From Antechinus flavipes (taxonomy: Eukaryota), in NCBI RefSeq assembly GCF_016432865.1, contig NC_067404.1, positions 50,716,001 through 50,780,000 on the forward strand: 64,000 nucleotides of DNA, given 5' to 3'. Made by a program: the position numbers and the translations under genes. A model generated the notes under the pieces. That model was not told where the DNA came from. It was given only the letters and a program-made list of their open reading frames with translations, and searched no databases. Positions 13,010 through 26,485 of the stretch are shown here, piece by piece (position 1 is the first letter of the stretch; every line of letters starts with the position of its first letter).

Positions 13010-13480
13010 NNNNNNNNNNNNNNNNNNNNNNNNNNNNNNNNNNNNNNNNNNNNNNNNNNNNNNNNNNNNNNNNNNNNNNNNNNNNNNNNNNNNNNNNNNN
13101 NNNNNNNNNNNNNNNNNNNNNNNNNNNNNNNNNNNNNNNNNNNNNNNNNNNNNNNNNNNNNNNNNNNNNNNNNNNNNNNNNNNNNNNNNNNNNNNNNNNN
13201 NNNNNNNNNNNNNNNNNNNNNNNNNNNNNNNNNNNNNNNNNNNNNNNNNNNNNNNNNNNNNNNNNNNNNNNNNNNNNNNNNNNNNNNNNNNNNNNNNNNN
13301 NNNNNNNNNNNNNNNNNNNNNNNNNNNNNNNNNNNNNNNNNNNNNNNNNNNNNNNNNNNNNNNNNNNNNNNNNNNNNNNNNNNNNNNNNNNNNNNNNNNN
13401 NNNNNNNNNNNNNNNNNNNNNNNNNNNNNNNNNNNNNNNNNNNNNNNNNNNNNNNNNNNNNNNNNNNNNNNNNNNNNNNN
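13010..13480. other. Assembly gap (471 N)
   Basis: Run of N. Confidence 1.
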
Positions 13481-13702
13481 AGGAATTTCACAACATTACA
13501 TTTTTTTTTTCTTAAAGGACAAGCAAACTTTCAGGGTCAATAATGGGCAAGCATGTCTGAGACTGGTTACCTTCTGGCAGTTCACTGCATCTGGGTATTT
13601 CTGAGAAGGCTAGAGAAGCTTTTGGAATTTAAAAATATCTCAAAATACATTTTAGGTGAAAAAGTTGAAGTAGTTCTGCTTCTAAATTAATTTCTCCAAG
13701 AT

Positions 13703-13710
13703 TACAGTAC
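13703..13710 (-). promoter_or_regulatory. miR-101-3p 8mer seed match (GTACTGTA)
   Basis: Plus strand tacagtac. Confidence 0.45.
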
Positions 13711-14023
13711 TTCAAAAACAAAGCTTCCATTGCTTGAAGTTTTGAGCATTTAAATTTAAAATGCCAAACTCTTCTGTTCTACAATCCCAGGATGGGAAAA
13801 ATTAATCTACCTGTCATTTAAGTTCACTGATGTAAATAAAAATTCAGCAGAAGTGGTGATTATTTAATACACCCAGTAAATAAATGAGTGAGAAAAGGAC
13901 TCATATCTGTATCAAGTACCTCTCAGATTATGGTTAGATTAAAAACGTGAGGGAATACTTGTTATGATTCAAAATCAACTGATAACACACATAAATAAAA
14001 CAATTGCTTTCCAACAAAAACTG

Positions 14024-14031
14024 TAGCTTAT
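14024..14031 (-). promoter_or_regulatory. miR-21-5p 8mer seed match (ATAAGCTA) in 3'UTR
   Basis: Plus strand tagcttat; seed from remembered miR-21 UAGCUUAUC... Confidence 0.55.
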
Positions 14032-14269
14032 CCTCAAATTGTTTACTTGTCCTTTACTTTTCTTTTTTTTTTCTTTTTTTTCTTTTTTTATTTTCTTTTT
14101 TTCTTTTTTTTTTTTTAGGCAAACAAAACTGCCTCTCACAATGCACTTGATCTTGGTAGGCATGTTTCATTCTCCTTAGAGAAAAATCTGTACAGGATTT
14201 CACTGTATCTACTACCCCAACTTTATTGAAAAACTTCCTCTTCCACTTAGAAAATGACTTCACCACAGT

Positions 14270-14293
14270 TTAAAACATTGACACCCCAAGGAC
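14270..14293 (-). CDS. STAG2: STAG2 terminal exon coding part (VLGVSMF*)
   Basis: ctctctcattag|GTC CTT GGG GTG TCA ATG TTT TAA. Confidence 0.95.
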   Translation of the reverse strand, partial: VLGVSMF

Positions 14294-17200
14294 CTAATGA
14301 GAGAGGAAAAAAGACTGTTAAAAAACAAACACACATTTGATCATTTTTTCTATCTAACTCAAAGGAAAAAAAGTTTGCAGTCAGTGTAATGAAATGGCCC
14401 AACTCTTTTGCTAACTTGAGAATGACATTTGTTTCTTAACCAGAATGCAATGATAAAACCAGGATTAATCTTATTTGTATAAGTAGGCAAAGAAGACTCA
14501 AAAATCAAAAATTATCTAAATAAAAGGTAACATCTTGCATTATCTCACATAGAATAGCCCAGAGGAAAAAGTGAGAACCCAATTTCAGTGCACCTATATT
14601 TGACTATCTGTACTCAGAAACAGGTACAATTAACTATCAAAGAGCAGGCACATGGCAAACAGAAGACTTCCTGGCAGGAGCCAGGAGCGCTTTACCCTTT
14701 TTGTGTCATGAAACCATTTAACAGTCTTGTGAGACCTCTGGATTCCTCAGATTAATATTTGGAAATAACGGAAAGAAATCCCTACATTTCTTAGGGAATC
14801 CTACATTAGACTAGAATCCTATATTAGATTAGAAAATTATTTTCTCCCATCTTAGGTTAAGAATCCTTATTTTGGGAAAAGATGGTCAATACAAGCACTA
14901 GCTAATAACTTATCAGGTATCAAATATTAGACAACTAAGGAAAACAGCAGAGGGGCTAGGGCACATTATTTTTAAAAAGAAAGGCAGAACCTAGGTTTTA
15001 GTTATTTATGCACTAAAAAATGTAAGCAGTTATATTTCGGTAAAGTTAAAAAGAAAGCATCATCTTTGTGATCCTGAGTAGAAAGACAAGATGAACTTGA
15101 TTGAATGGGCCAAGATTCATGATTACAGATGAAAGGAGAAAAGCTAAGTACCATTACAATGAAGCCCATGAAACATTCAAATTGCTTCCCTGAATAAATG
15201 TATGCTGCTAGAAAAATAACATTTTAAGACATAGGAAGATACTGAGTCTAGACTTAATAGGGAATAATAAATGCTTTGAACTCTTTAGGGAAAGAAAAAA
15301 ATGCATCATTTTCTCATTGTCCTAGTGTCTGGCTTTGTGGTTACAGTCCACATGGGTCAAAATTAGCGCCAACAACAATATCAGGAATACTTAAACTTTT
15401 AAATACAGAATGTGTATGCAAGAATCTTTGTTGTATTGAATATGCTAATAGTAGATCGTTCAAGCATGAACTAGGTACTGGGACATAAGAATAGCTTTGT
15501 TATGCTATGCCTTCTTTGTGATTATTGTATTATGTACTGTATTGTGTTTATGTCATTATTGTTTTATATTTTGATGGTAAAAGCAAAAGCAAAAATCTTC
15601 TTGTTCTCAAAAGTCTTTTTGTTCTTTTAATCCAAAACAGGCTTGTTCAAACCAGGATTATGGTAAACAACAATACAGACAACACAAGTTTTAAAAAAAA
15701 AGTCTGTGTTATCTTGGTGTTAATGTCTAAGAAGGGCTGACCTGTATGTGGAGGAAAAAAGCAGGGTGACAATGGGATAAAGCAGCATTCTATGCTTCCA
15801 GACAGTAGATTGCCTATATTTTAAAGGCTAATGTCTAATAAGAGAATACGTCAAAAATAATGTGCTAGAAACTTTTATCTCAATTGATGACAGTATTTCA
15901 TTAAAATAGACCTATCTAAGAATTGTTTTAAAATGATTTCAGGACTGCTGTGGGAGATGGTGTGATATAGTCAGAAATGTACCGCTTTCAGTATTATATC
16001 ACCTTCCAAGTAGAAACTTAATTTTTTTTTTATTATTCATTGTCTTTATTGTAACCTATACATCATCCTAAAATTGAATATAAGTATATATGTGGACATC
16101 GGTGCTACTGGAATAAGTCAGGACAGTGGTTAAATATATCAGACAAAAGAATGGCAATCTGAAGATGAATTTTGAATTGATCGGGTTTTTTTCTTTCATT
16201 TTCATAAGGAAAACAAATCTCTGAAGAGAAAATCATGGAATGGAAGAGCTATAAAACCTGAGAGATCAAACAGTCGAACCTCCTTATTTACAGATGAGAA
16301 GACTTGTGTCTTAGTAAAGATCACAAGTCTAGTGTAAGCTTTTATATTTCGTGCTATGCTAATTCCCTTTATTAAAGTATTATAGTATTTAATAACATAA
16401 TATTTATGTTGCTTTCTAATTCGTTGCCACATACATTACAAATTCCCTGAGAGTAGGAATCAGGTAAAAGAATACAGTACAGTAGAAACTTGACTTATTG
16501 GTAGAATTTTGTTCTGTTACTCTAAAAAATTCCATTATACAAAGACATCCTTAGTTCCCACTCTTGAATTGTACATTTATTTCTACAGGTCATTGGTGAC
16601 GACAAATTTGATCATTATTAGTATCTTTTCTACAAGTTTATACGCATAAACAAAATATTCAAACGTCAATTTTTAGTGTCTACCCATAATCCCAGCATGT
16701 AGAAGATATAAAAAAGGTTACAATTTTGTGAAAATCTGTTTAAAATATCAAAGAATTTATTTTAAAAACCTCAATATTAAGAGGAATGGTTTCATGTTTC
16801 TTGCTGCATATTTCAAACACCATTGATATCTTCGTTATGTATGCTTTTTTAAAAAGTGAGTGATGAAAAGGTCAGGGCCATATAAAAGGAAATTTAAACT
16901 GGCTTCAGAAAAAAATCCAGTTCTCTATTGCAGCAAAAACTAAAAACAAAAGGCATTTCATAAATCAAAACTGAAACACAAAACAGATTTGTTTAAGGAA
17001 ATTTTCATTATCATTTTTCATTGGTACAACTGAGGGAGGGGGATTATGAAAAGGCTATACATGTACCTTGAAATAATCAAGTCGATTTCTTAATTTGGAA
17101 AATTTTTTCAACTTTTTTTTAAAAGCACATAACCACATGTTAATCTGCTGCCATCATGTGGTGATAGTGAGGAAATGAAGATTTAGATTCCACAGGATGT

Positions 17201-19536
17201 GGGAAAATCAATTGAGATTGACAAAAATCACAAAACAGCAATACAATTTGCAATGAAGTCTTTAACATAATCTCTGTATCTTTATCAATAAGAGTGCTGT
17301 GCCACATAGAATTGATGTAAAAAAGAATATAAAACTGTAAAATCACAATTTGGTGAATTCCATTTTTCTATACTGAGCTATAGTTTTGAATGGCTACATT
17401 AAAAAAAAAATTAAGTTACTCTTTCACCCATCATATCAAAACTATCCATGGTACCCCATAGGTAAAGGATAATATTTAAGAAACACAAATTTCATAATGG
17501 CAGCCTGTCTTTCTCCTAGGATAACAAACAGAAGAAAAATGAAATTTTATATTAAAGAAATATAGAAACTCACTTTAGCTAAAACTGTTGATTTTAATGT
17601 CTACTGTGAATCTTTAAAATATCTTACTGTTTTTCTGTCTTATGACATAGAATATTGAGTATAATTCAATATAATGTTAATCACTACTATTCTGAAAATT
17701 AGTCTCATAATCTAGAATGTTAAGATTAAGTTGAATAGATGTTGAGCCAAAGATATATTTTTGAAACCACTGTCTGGTGAGTTAATGTAAGGAATTTCCC
17801 ATGAATTAGTTGTTCAAAATTGTTGGGGCATATACAACTTTGTAAGACACTGTAACTGTACAAAACAGTGGCTCTATGTGTGTTATGAGATTAGACTAAA
17901 TTATTTCTTGAGTTTAAGAGATTTAGAGACATCCAGCTAGGGGTGTTTCTGTATAAAATTTACAGAAAAGGACTCTTGCTTCTGTAACTTAGCAAGTAAC
18001 AGCTTTATATGAGTAAAATCTTTAAATGTTATATCTATGCATAACTAACAAAAATACAAATATCTGTATTAACAGAGACACTATGGACTCACTGTGTGGG
18101 CAAGCCAGCCACACAGCTAAATGGCAACAGTAGGGATGTGATTCTAAGAGGCTTCGATTCAAAGGTGTCGCCTTATCATGACTTCCCTCTGAAAATCATC
18201 CCCTGGATTTTAAGCACTAAAACTTAATGATCACATTTCTAATTTATATCTGGAATTTCTCTGGGGAAGGGAGTTTTTCCTAATGAAGCCAGATATGGGT
18301 AGGTGACCCCAGAATAGCATAAAGGTATCAGGCACCTAGATAATTTGGAAAAACATGTTGAAAGATGAGGCAATATGGCACCAAGGAGATACTCTGCTTA
18401 GTTCGGCCCTGCTTGCCTGACTCTAAAGACAATGTCAATGTGTTGAACCTTTAGAAATTCTGTATATCTTAGAACTTTATTTGAGGTCAAAGAAGACCCG
18501 TGCTTCTGACATTTTTTTTCATAAAAATTTAAAATATAAATAATTTCCTTCCTGTTCTTTGAGAAAAAATACTCAAATTCTCCTTCTTTTAAAAGGTAAG
18601 ATGAACCAAAGGAAAACATGTCTGGATTTTCTTCTAAGATAAAGAACAAGGGAAAAAACTAATTCTTTATTACAGGCCCACAGGACAGAACCTTATACAT
18701 AGTATATGCTTACTGAATATGGGTTGAGGAAATTAATGTTCTTCCTAATCTTCCTTCCATTTTCATCTCTATATTCCCTTTCAAATGTTTACTGAAGGGA
18801 TAGGAGAAAAAATGTAATCTTTAATTGTAAGAAGTATAGAAAGCTAGTGCCCAAGGACCAAGCTAAATATTCAGTTTTAGGGGAAAGAGAAACTAACAAA
18901 TATGAGGATCTAAGATCTAGTTGCATTCCAATGAATACAAGAAAACTTTTTGTCTCTTCTCATTGTTTTTTACCCCTCTAAAATAATAAAAATTCTTTAA
19001 AAACTTTCCCAAAATACATAGATATCCTTTTGGAACATAAGGGTTCAGGAACTATGCCTATTCTGTAGTGATCAATGGAAAAGCCCTGAAGTTCAAGTTA
19101 GAGGGATAATCAGGAAAAGGGCAGTAACTTGGGATTTTGACAAAGACTATAAAGTATACCCAAGTATTTATGCCATTAGAAAGCTCCAAACTACAAAAGA
19201 TTCACCGATGAACTGTTCCATCAACCTCTTCTCCCTACAAACTCCACTGGCTCCAGTACCTCAATTCCTACTGCTTCAAATAAAATAGACCAAGATATGT
19301 TCCTAGTATTCTAAACCAGAACTCAATGTATCTTACCAAAGACACATTATATGTGATAATGAAGTCTTACAGAAGTAGACTTCAGGTATAGAATGAATTA
19401 ATTAGGCTTTGTCAATGAGCCTAGAAAACTGATCATCATATTCCAAGTTCCAAATAACTCACAAACATGTTGAACACAGCCCAAATTTTAAGTTGAAAAC
19501 CACTTATACTTGTGAGTTTAAAATCCTAATGACTTA

Positions 19537-19701
<165 letters not shown>

Positions 19702-21322
19702 TCATCACTGATCAGGTAACAGAGTCTAAATATTTTACAACACTGGAAAGATATTATACATAAATATTATTTAAAAGAATAAAAATATAGTTCATTCAAG
19801 GAAAAAAGAGCCAAAATACACAAATCCAACTTTACATTTCACAACACGCTATCTAAAGCAAGACTATCTTTAAAAATACTTGAAAATAAAGCCAAGTAAA
19901 AATGAACTGGACTTGGCCAAAAGAAAACAATTATTTCTGTATCATCTCAGTTTTTTAGTGCATTTCTTTGACAACTTCAACTAGTAATAATTTAAATCCC
20001 TGCTAGCTCTGATGTTAAATCTTAGAAAGTGCAAGGATATAAAGAACTGAACCTTTATTCTTGAGCAGCTTACAATCTCTTAAATGAGTAAAGAAAACAT
20101 TTAAATTGTGACTTAAATTTCCCAACTAAGTGCAGAGGAGAGGTAAAAAGAAGTATAAGAGGTCTTGAAAACAAAGGAATTGGCCTATGAAATTACCATA
20201 CGCAAAAATCATCGGTCAGTTTATAATACTCAATTCAATCTAACAAAAAGGTTGGAAGACTAAAGTTGAAGGGAGCCCAAAACATAAGCAATGTACATAC
20301 TTGATTCAGTAGGTAAAGGAAAATGAGCAGAACCTCTGAAATGTTTTGAGAAAATTAGAGTTATAATCAAAACTCTTCTTTGGAAACAGTAAGCAAACCT
20401 AAAGAGTCAACAGACTAGAGGGAGGGGTGACACTAATTAGAAGGCTACTTCAACAGTCCAAATAAAGAATTTTTAAAAGCTGAACTAGAATCAAAATAAT
20501 GAGAAAGTAAAGAAGAGGCTGATTCAAGAGATAGTATAGATATGTAAAATTTACAGGACATAGGAAGTGAAGAGATATGAAAGGTAAAGGACATAGAGAA
20601 GCTAAAAACATTTTATACAAAAGTGACTAGGAGAATGATACTTTAGTTAATGAACAGTAACTTAGGAGAGAAAAAAAACAGATTTGAGAGCAAAAGATGA
20701 ATTGGGGGTTTTGCACACAATAAACCTGAGGAGCCAATAGGAATTATAGTTAGCTGGCAGTTGGCTATGTAGATTTTTTTATTCGGAGTTTGGAGAAAGT
20801 AGACTACATAAAAATATTTTCAAGAGATAGAAATGGTTGAAAAATCATATGAAAAAATCCAGAAATCAAAGGGAGGTAGCAAGTCAAGATCAAGTGAGAA
20901 AGAAAATAAAAATGCTATTTCCATACAGTGTACCAAAAAAGAACAAACTGATGAGAAGCTCAAAAAAGACATACATTTGGCATGAAATAGTGATAGGCAT
21001 CTATTAACATGTACAACTTCTAGAGTCTTTTCTCTGCCAAAAGTTGAGTAGTTAATACTTTCTTGGCTTGACCTAATGATAATTTCATCTTTCAGAAAGG
21101 TAAAAAGAACTAACAAGGAAAACAGAATTTCTTCTCACCACTAAAGAACGCTTTGAGAGAAAAAGGATACACAGGGAAGGAAGGAAAGGAGAAGTATCTG
21201 CTATTATAACAGAAAAGGGAAATCAGCCAAAAAGAGATGGGAGGCATTTAAGAACAAATGCTAACTATACAAAAGAAAACAATTCTGATGAAGAGAGTAT
21301 TTTTTCTAAAGAAAATGGTACA

Positions 21323-21472
21323 GGGGCAACTAGAGATGGTGCAGTGGATAGAGCACCAGCCCTGAACTCAAGAGGACTTGAGTTCAAATCTAATCTTAGA
21401 CACTTAATACTTCCTAGCTGTATGACCCTGGGCAAGTCACTTAACCCCAACTGCCTCAGGGGAAAAAAAAAA
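21323..21472 (+). mobile_element. WSINE1/CORE-type marsupial SINE with A-tail
   Basis: ggggcaactag...gtggatagagcaccagccctga...gagttcaaatc...gggcaagtcacttaaccccaactgcctc + A tail; Pol III A/B boxes. Confidence 0.85.
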
Positions 21473-21869
21473 GGCACATTGAGTAAAACAGCAATTTAGA
21501 TTTTTCATCACAATTTGAAAACTCATAAAAATTATGTAAAAAGAAATTATGAGTTCAATATATATATGTATTAAGATATAGGTGACCATAAAATCATGGT
21601 CCAGGATTTTCATAACAACTTAAAGAGCAAAGATGCTCAAAATGAGTGGTAAAAAGAGGAGGAGCAAAGAAAGGATAAGACTACTGTTTAGAGTGGCTTT
21701 GGAATTAGATAGAATTATTTCTTTGAACTACTCTCACTTTACTTTGATTTTTCTATGAAAATAATGCAAGTTGAACTAAATATGCAAAAGGAAAAAAAAC
21801 ACATGGCTTAGCAAACAGCTTAAGAACAAGACAAATAAGGAGAAAGCCACATGGTAGCTACATGTCCTT

Positions 21870-22470
21870 CATGAGTTCAAGTTCAAGGGCCTAAACAAAT
21901 TACAATCTAGGATACTGAAAGAACTGATAGATGTTACTCATAAGATCACGAAGGAAAGGTTCCACAAAGATCGAGAAAAGAAAACATCCTGATTACAAAA
22001 AGAAATCAACTTGAACCCTGCAAACTACAAATCAGAGGACTTAGATTCCTCATAAAAATTCTAAAAGACACATTTATAAAAATGGTCTAGATGGAAAACT
22101 AGAAAAGCAATAGTTATCAAAAAACCAGTCTAACTTCCCTGAAAATAGGTGTAGACTAACCACAGTGTCACTTTTGAAAGAATTATTAAACTCAGATGGC
22201 CTTTCAAACAGTTCTTCTGGAGAAGTCAGAAAAATGCTAAGAAATAGTGAATTCAGAACTAAATGAACAGTCAGATTCAAAGGGTTAATTAATGGTTTGA
22301 TGTTAACTTGCAAGTCATCGGTAAAGGAACCAAAAGCGATCTGTACTTGACTCTGCTTTGTAATATTTTTTAAATCAATGTCTTGGATACATAAGTATCA
22401 AATTTGCATATGATAGAGCCAGAAGAGATAATGTACTATGTGACAGGAAGCAACACAGTAGAATGTGATC
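21870..22470 (+). mobile_element. CR1/L3 RT-region fragment
   Basis: ctaggatactgaaagaactg...gaaccctgcaaactaca...ataaaaattctaaaa... decayed CR1 pol-like. Confidence 0.55.
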
Positions 22471-23513
22471 CACATCTATTAAGAAGAAATGATAACTGAA
22501 AAATTTGGGTTAAAAAAGTCAATTTTTATCAAAAAGGATAAGTATGGCTAGGTAGAAGACTCAAGCATTTTCAAGAAAGGCAAGCTTAATCTTGAAATAC
22601 ATTCAGAAAGGGGCAAGGTCAGAGAAACCAAGAACCAAATTTTAAAAATGTGAGTAGACAGAGGTGATGTAAAACCTCGTCCACAGTAAACCCTATCAAA
22701 TGCTATCCAGAAGTCAAGGAAGAGGAAAAGACTCATTGAATTTATTCAATAATAAGTTATCATTAAACTCTTCTTTCTGAATTTTAATAGAGCAGTAGAG
22801 AGAAATAGGAACAAGACTGCAAGCAAATGAAGATGGGAATAAGTTGTGAAGAACTGGAAAAACTGAGTCTGAAAGTAGGATCCTGTCAGCAAAGTGGAGA
22901 AAGGAAACTGAAAAAGAATTCTGAGGGAGCAGGATTGAGAGAAATTTTCTGTTTTCACTTTAAAACAAGGGAGAAATAAGCAGCTTTGTAGAATGGAAGA
23001 ATAGCCTATGTATGGGGACAGACTGAAAAATGTCAAAAGAGGGGATAAAATATAGAGAAACTTCACAGAGGTAGGATATGGCATAAAAACTGCAAGTCAT
23101 AAATTTAATCTTGGCACTGGGAAAGGCCAGTTCTTCCTCCACAAAAGAAAGGAAGAGAGAAAAAAAAGCATTGAACTAATCATCTATCTTTTGAAAACTA
23201 TTATATTCTGGGATGATATTATATTTTAAAACAGAATCAAACACTTAAATATGTGTGTTTAAGTTTACTTTAGATATAAGAATAGAAGGTTAGATGTGCT
23301 TTTTAAAAAAATTAGATACAAATAGACTATCTGCAAAAGAAGGACCTGGAGGCTATCTTGCTCTGAGACCTAAAGGAAAATCTTCATTAATCAGCATGCT
23401 TCAATACTCAATTCCCTTCACTAACAGCAACAAAAATAGTTCAGTTGAGGGTATCCAGTGGTACCAATATTTCTTACTAATACTAAAAGGTAACAACTTT
23501 ACAACTAAAATTA

Positions 23514-23729
<216 letters not shown>

Positions 23730-24654
23730 TTAATGGCAGAAGAGAAAATGATTAAATTAATTCTAAAAACACAAAATGTTCAAATGTATATGACGCCCCA
23801 AAATTTATGTTTATTTTACTTTGATCTGAGAAATTTAACTAAGACTAAACTTTGCTATCCTCTAAATGTCAATAAAATAAATTTATGTGGGTATCAAATA
23901 ACCTTAGCAAGTGAAGTGATTTTTGGGATTATTAGTTCAGCAAACATATTTGCAAAATACTTTCCTAATAGGAACAGATGAGGAAAATGAAGTTATGTGA
24001 CTGATCTACAATCATACAGTTAAATAAGCACCTGAAGCACTTGAAGCACTTGAACAGGTCATTTGATACCTCATCTAGTACTCTACACACTGCACCATGC
24101 TGTCTCTCAATCAGTCAGTAATCATTAATTAGGGGCTGTGTGCTAGGTACAGCATGAAAAGAAAGAAAAAAGTGAGGAAATAATTCAAGAATTATTTCAT
24201 TATAGCTTCTTCAAATGAGTCTCCCTAAGACATAAAAAAGAGACCACTGAAGTTTTTTAGAATACAAAGAGCAACTTCTGTCATTGACAATTTCTAAGTC
24301 TTATACATTGAAAATTTGAGCCTTATACACCTTTTAAGGCTATGAAATTGAAAACTGAGAAACCTATTGGTAAAAGCTAAATTGAGTATTCTAACCATAG
24401 CTACTTCCAGAGTAGAAACATTTTCATTGTACAAATCATGATATAAATACATCTACCAACTATTCGTGTTCAAATTTAGGCTCTGAACAAGTTATCACAA
24501 TTATGGAGACTCAATTTTACAAAGTCTAGCAACACAGTAAACAATTTCCAAATATGAAAAAAATTTATATGTGTGTGTGTATATATAAATAAAAATTACA
24601 CTATTTGGACATAGAGGGCAAAACTAGAAATTGGTTAGTGAAAGTTGCAGCAAG

Positions 24655-24830
24655 GCAGATTTTTAATCAAAATAAGGCACTCAATTAGGAACCCATTCTA
24701 AAAATCAGAATAGGTAGCCCTGAGAATGTCTAAATTCTTTATCATTTGTTAGGGATGTTGTAGAAGACAATTCATGCTTCAGGTAAGGGTTGGACTAAAT
24801 AATACTTGAGTCCCTTCCGACAACAAGATC
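24655..24830 (+). mobile_element. CR1/L3 or MIR3 3' end
   Basis: tgttagggatgttgtagaa...gggttggactaaat...gtcccttcc. Confidence 0.55.
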
Positions 24831-25009
24831 CCAATTTGTAACTGGCATATGGTAGGAAAGTAATTTTCTAAAAAGATGCTTTAAAAAAATAGTATCCCTC
24901 TAAAAGGAATTCATAAGTTTGGTTGGAAATTCAAAATCCTAAAAACTAGGATTCCAACCTTGAATAGTCAAGGTTGTCAAATTGTTGTCAAATAACGTTG
25001 TCAAATAAA

Positions 25010-26485
25010 TAATCATGTGACAAAAACTGTTGGGGAAACTGGAAAATAGTATGACAAACTCATACATAGACCAACATCTCATACCATATATACCAAGATA
25101 TGGTCAAAATGGTCATGATTTAGACATACAAAGTGATACCATCAGCAAATTAGGAGAGCAAGGAATAGTTTACCTGTTACATCTATGGGTAAGGGAAGAA
25201 TTCATGATCAAACAAGAGATAGAGAACATTATGAAATATACAATGAATATTTTAGATTACATTAAATTAAAAGTTTTTGTACAAACAAAACCAATGCAAC
25301 CAAAAGTAGAAATATGGGTAACAATTTTTACTGCCAGTATTTCTGATAAAGGCCTCATTTCTAAAATATACAGCGATTAAAACAAAGTTATAAGAATACA
25401 AGTCATTTCCCAATTGATAAAATATCAAAGGATATTGATACAGGCAACTCTTAGATGACGAATTAAAGCTACTGATAATCATGAAAAAAAATGCTCTAAA
25501 TCAATATTAAAAAATACAAATTCAAACAATTCTGAGGTACTATCACCCACACCCATCAGATGACAGAAGAGAAAAATGATAAATATTGGAGAGCATGCAG
25601 GAAAATTGGAATATTAATGCATTGTTGGTAGAGTTGTGAACTGATCCAACTATTGCAGAAAGAAATTTATAACTATACCCCTAAAAGGGGCATAAAATTG
25701 CGCATGCCTTTTGATCCAGCAATACCATTACTAGGTCTGTATACCAAAGAGATCATGAAAAAGGAAAAAGTTCCAAAAATATTGCTAGTACCTCTTTATG
25801 TGGCAGTAAAGAATTGGAAATTGAGGAGATACTCATCAATTGGGGAATGACAAAACAAGTTATGGTATATGAATATAATGGAATGCTATATTCTACAAGA
25901 AACAATGAGCAGGCTGATTTCAGAAAAACCTGGTTGGGGAATGACAAAACAAGTTATGGTATATGAATGTAATGGAATACTATATTCTATAAGAAACAAT
26001 GAGCAGGCTGATTTCAAAAAAACCTGAAAAGACTTACATAAACTGATGCTGCATGAAGTAAGCAGTTGTATACAGTAACAGCAACATTTGTGCGATGATC
26101 AACTATGACAGACTTAGCTCTTCTCAACAATACAATTATTCAAGACAATTCCAAAAGACTCATGTTGGAAGATGCTATCCACATCCAGAGAAACTATGAA
26201 GTCTGAATGCAGGTCAAAGTATACTATTTTCACTTTTTTTCCTTTCTTGTAGTTTTTCCCCTTTATTCCACGTCTTCTTTTACAACATGACTAAGGTTTA
26301 ATATGACTGTACATGTAATAACCTATATCAGATTTGCTTGCTGTCTTGGGAGAGGGGAGGAAAGGGAGTGAGGGAGAAACATATGGAACTCAAAATCCAA
26401 CAAAAATCAATATTGAAAACTATCTTTATGTATAACTGGAAAAAATACTATTAAGTACCAAAAAAATCATTATTAAAAAAAAACT
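25010..26485 (+). mobile_element. 5'-truncated L1 (ORF2 C-terminus, 3'UTR, A-tail), antisense to STAG2
   Basis: ORFs 25030..25380 and 25653..25850 (MPFDPAIPLLGLYTKE, L1 ORF2 C-terminal motif), frameshifted, A-rich end. Confidence 0.9.

Larger units (their letters stand above)
12100..14269 (-). other. STAG2: STAG2 3'UTR (~2.1 kb, end approximate)
   Basis: Follows the stop codon. Repeat-free apart from an A-rich tract, AU-rich; opening stretch (CTGTGGTGAAGTCATTTTCTAAGTGGAAGAGGAA) resembles remembered mammalian STAG2 3'UTR; ends near AATAAA at 12124-12129. Confidence 0.75.

Noticed and set aside
12236-13543. Long ORFs of 72-234 aa
   Set aside because: Artefacts of N runs.
13975-14266. Lysine-rich ORFs
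   Set aside because: Translation of the A-rich UTR tract, out of frame with STAG2.
25030-25850. L1 ORF2 pieces as an active element
   Set aside because: 5'-truncated, frameshifted and internally duplicated.
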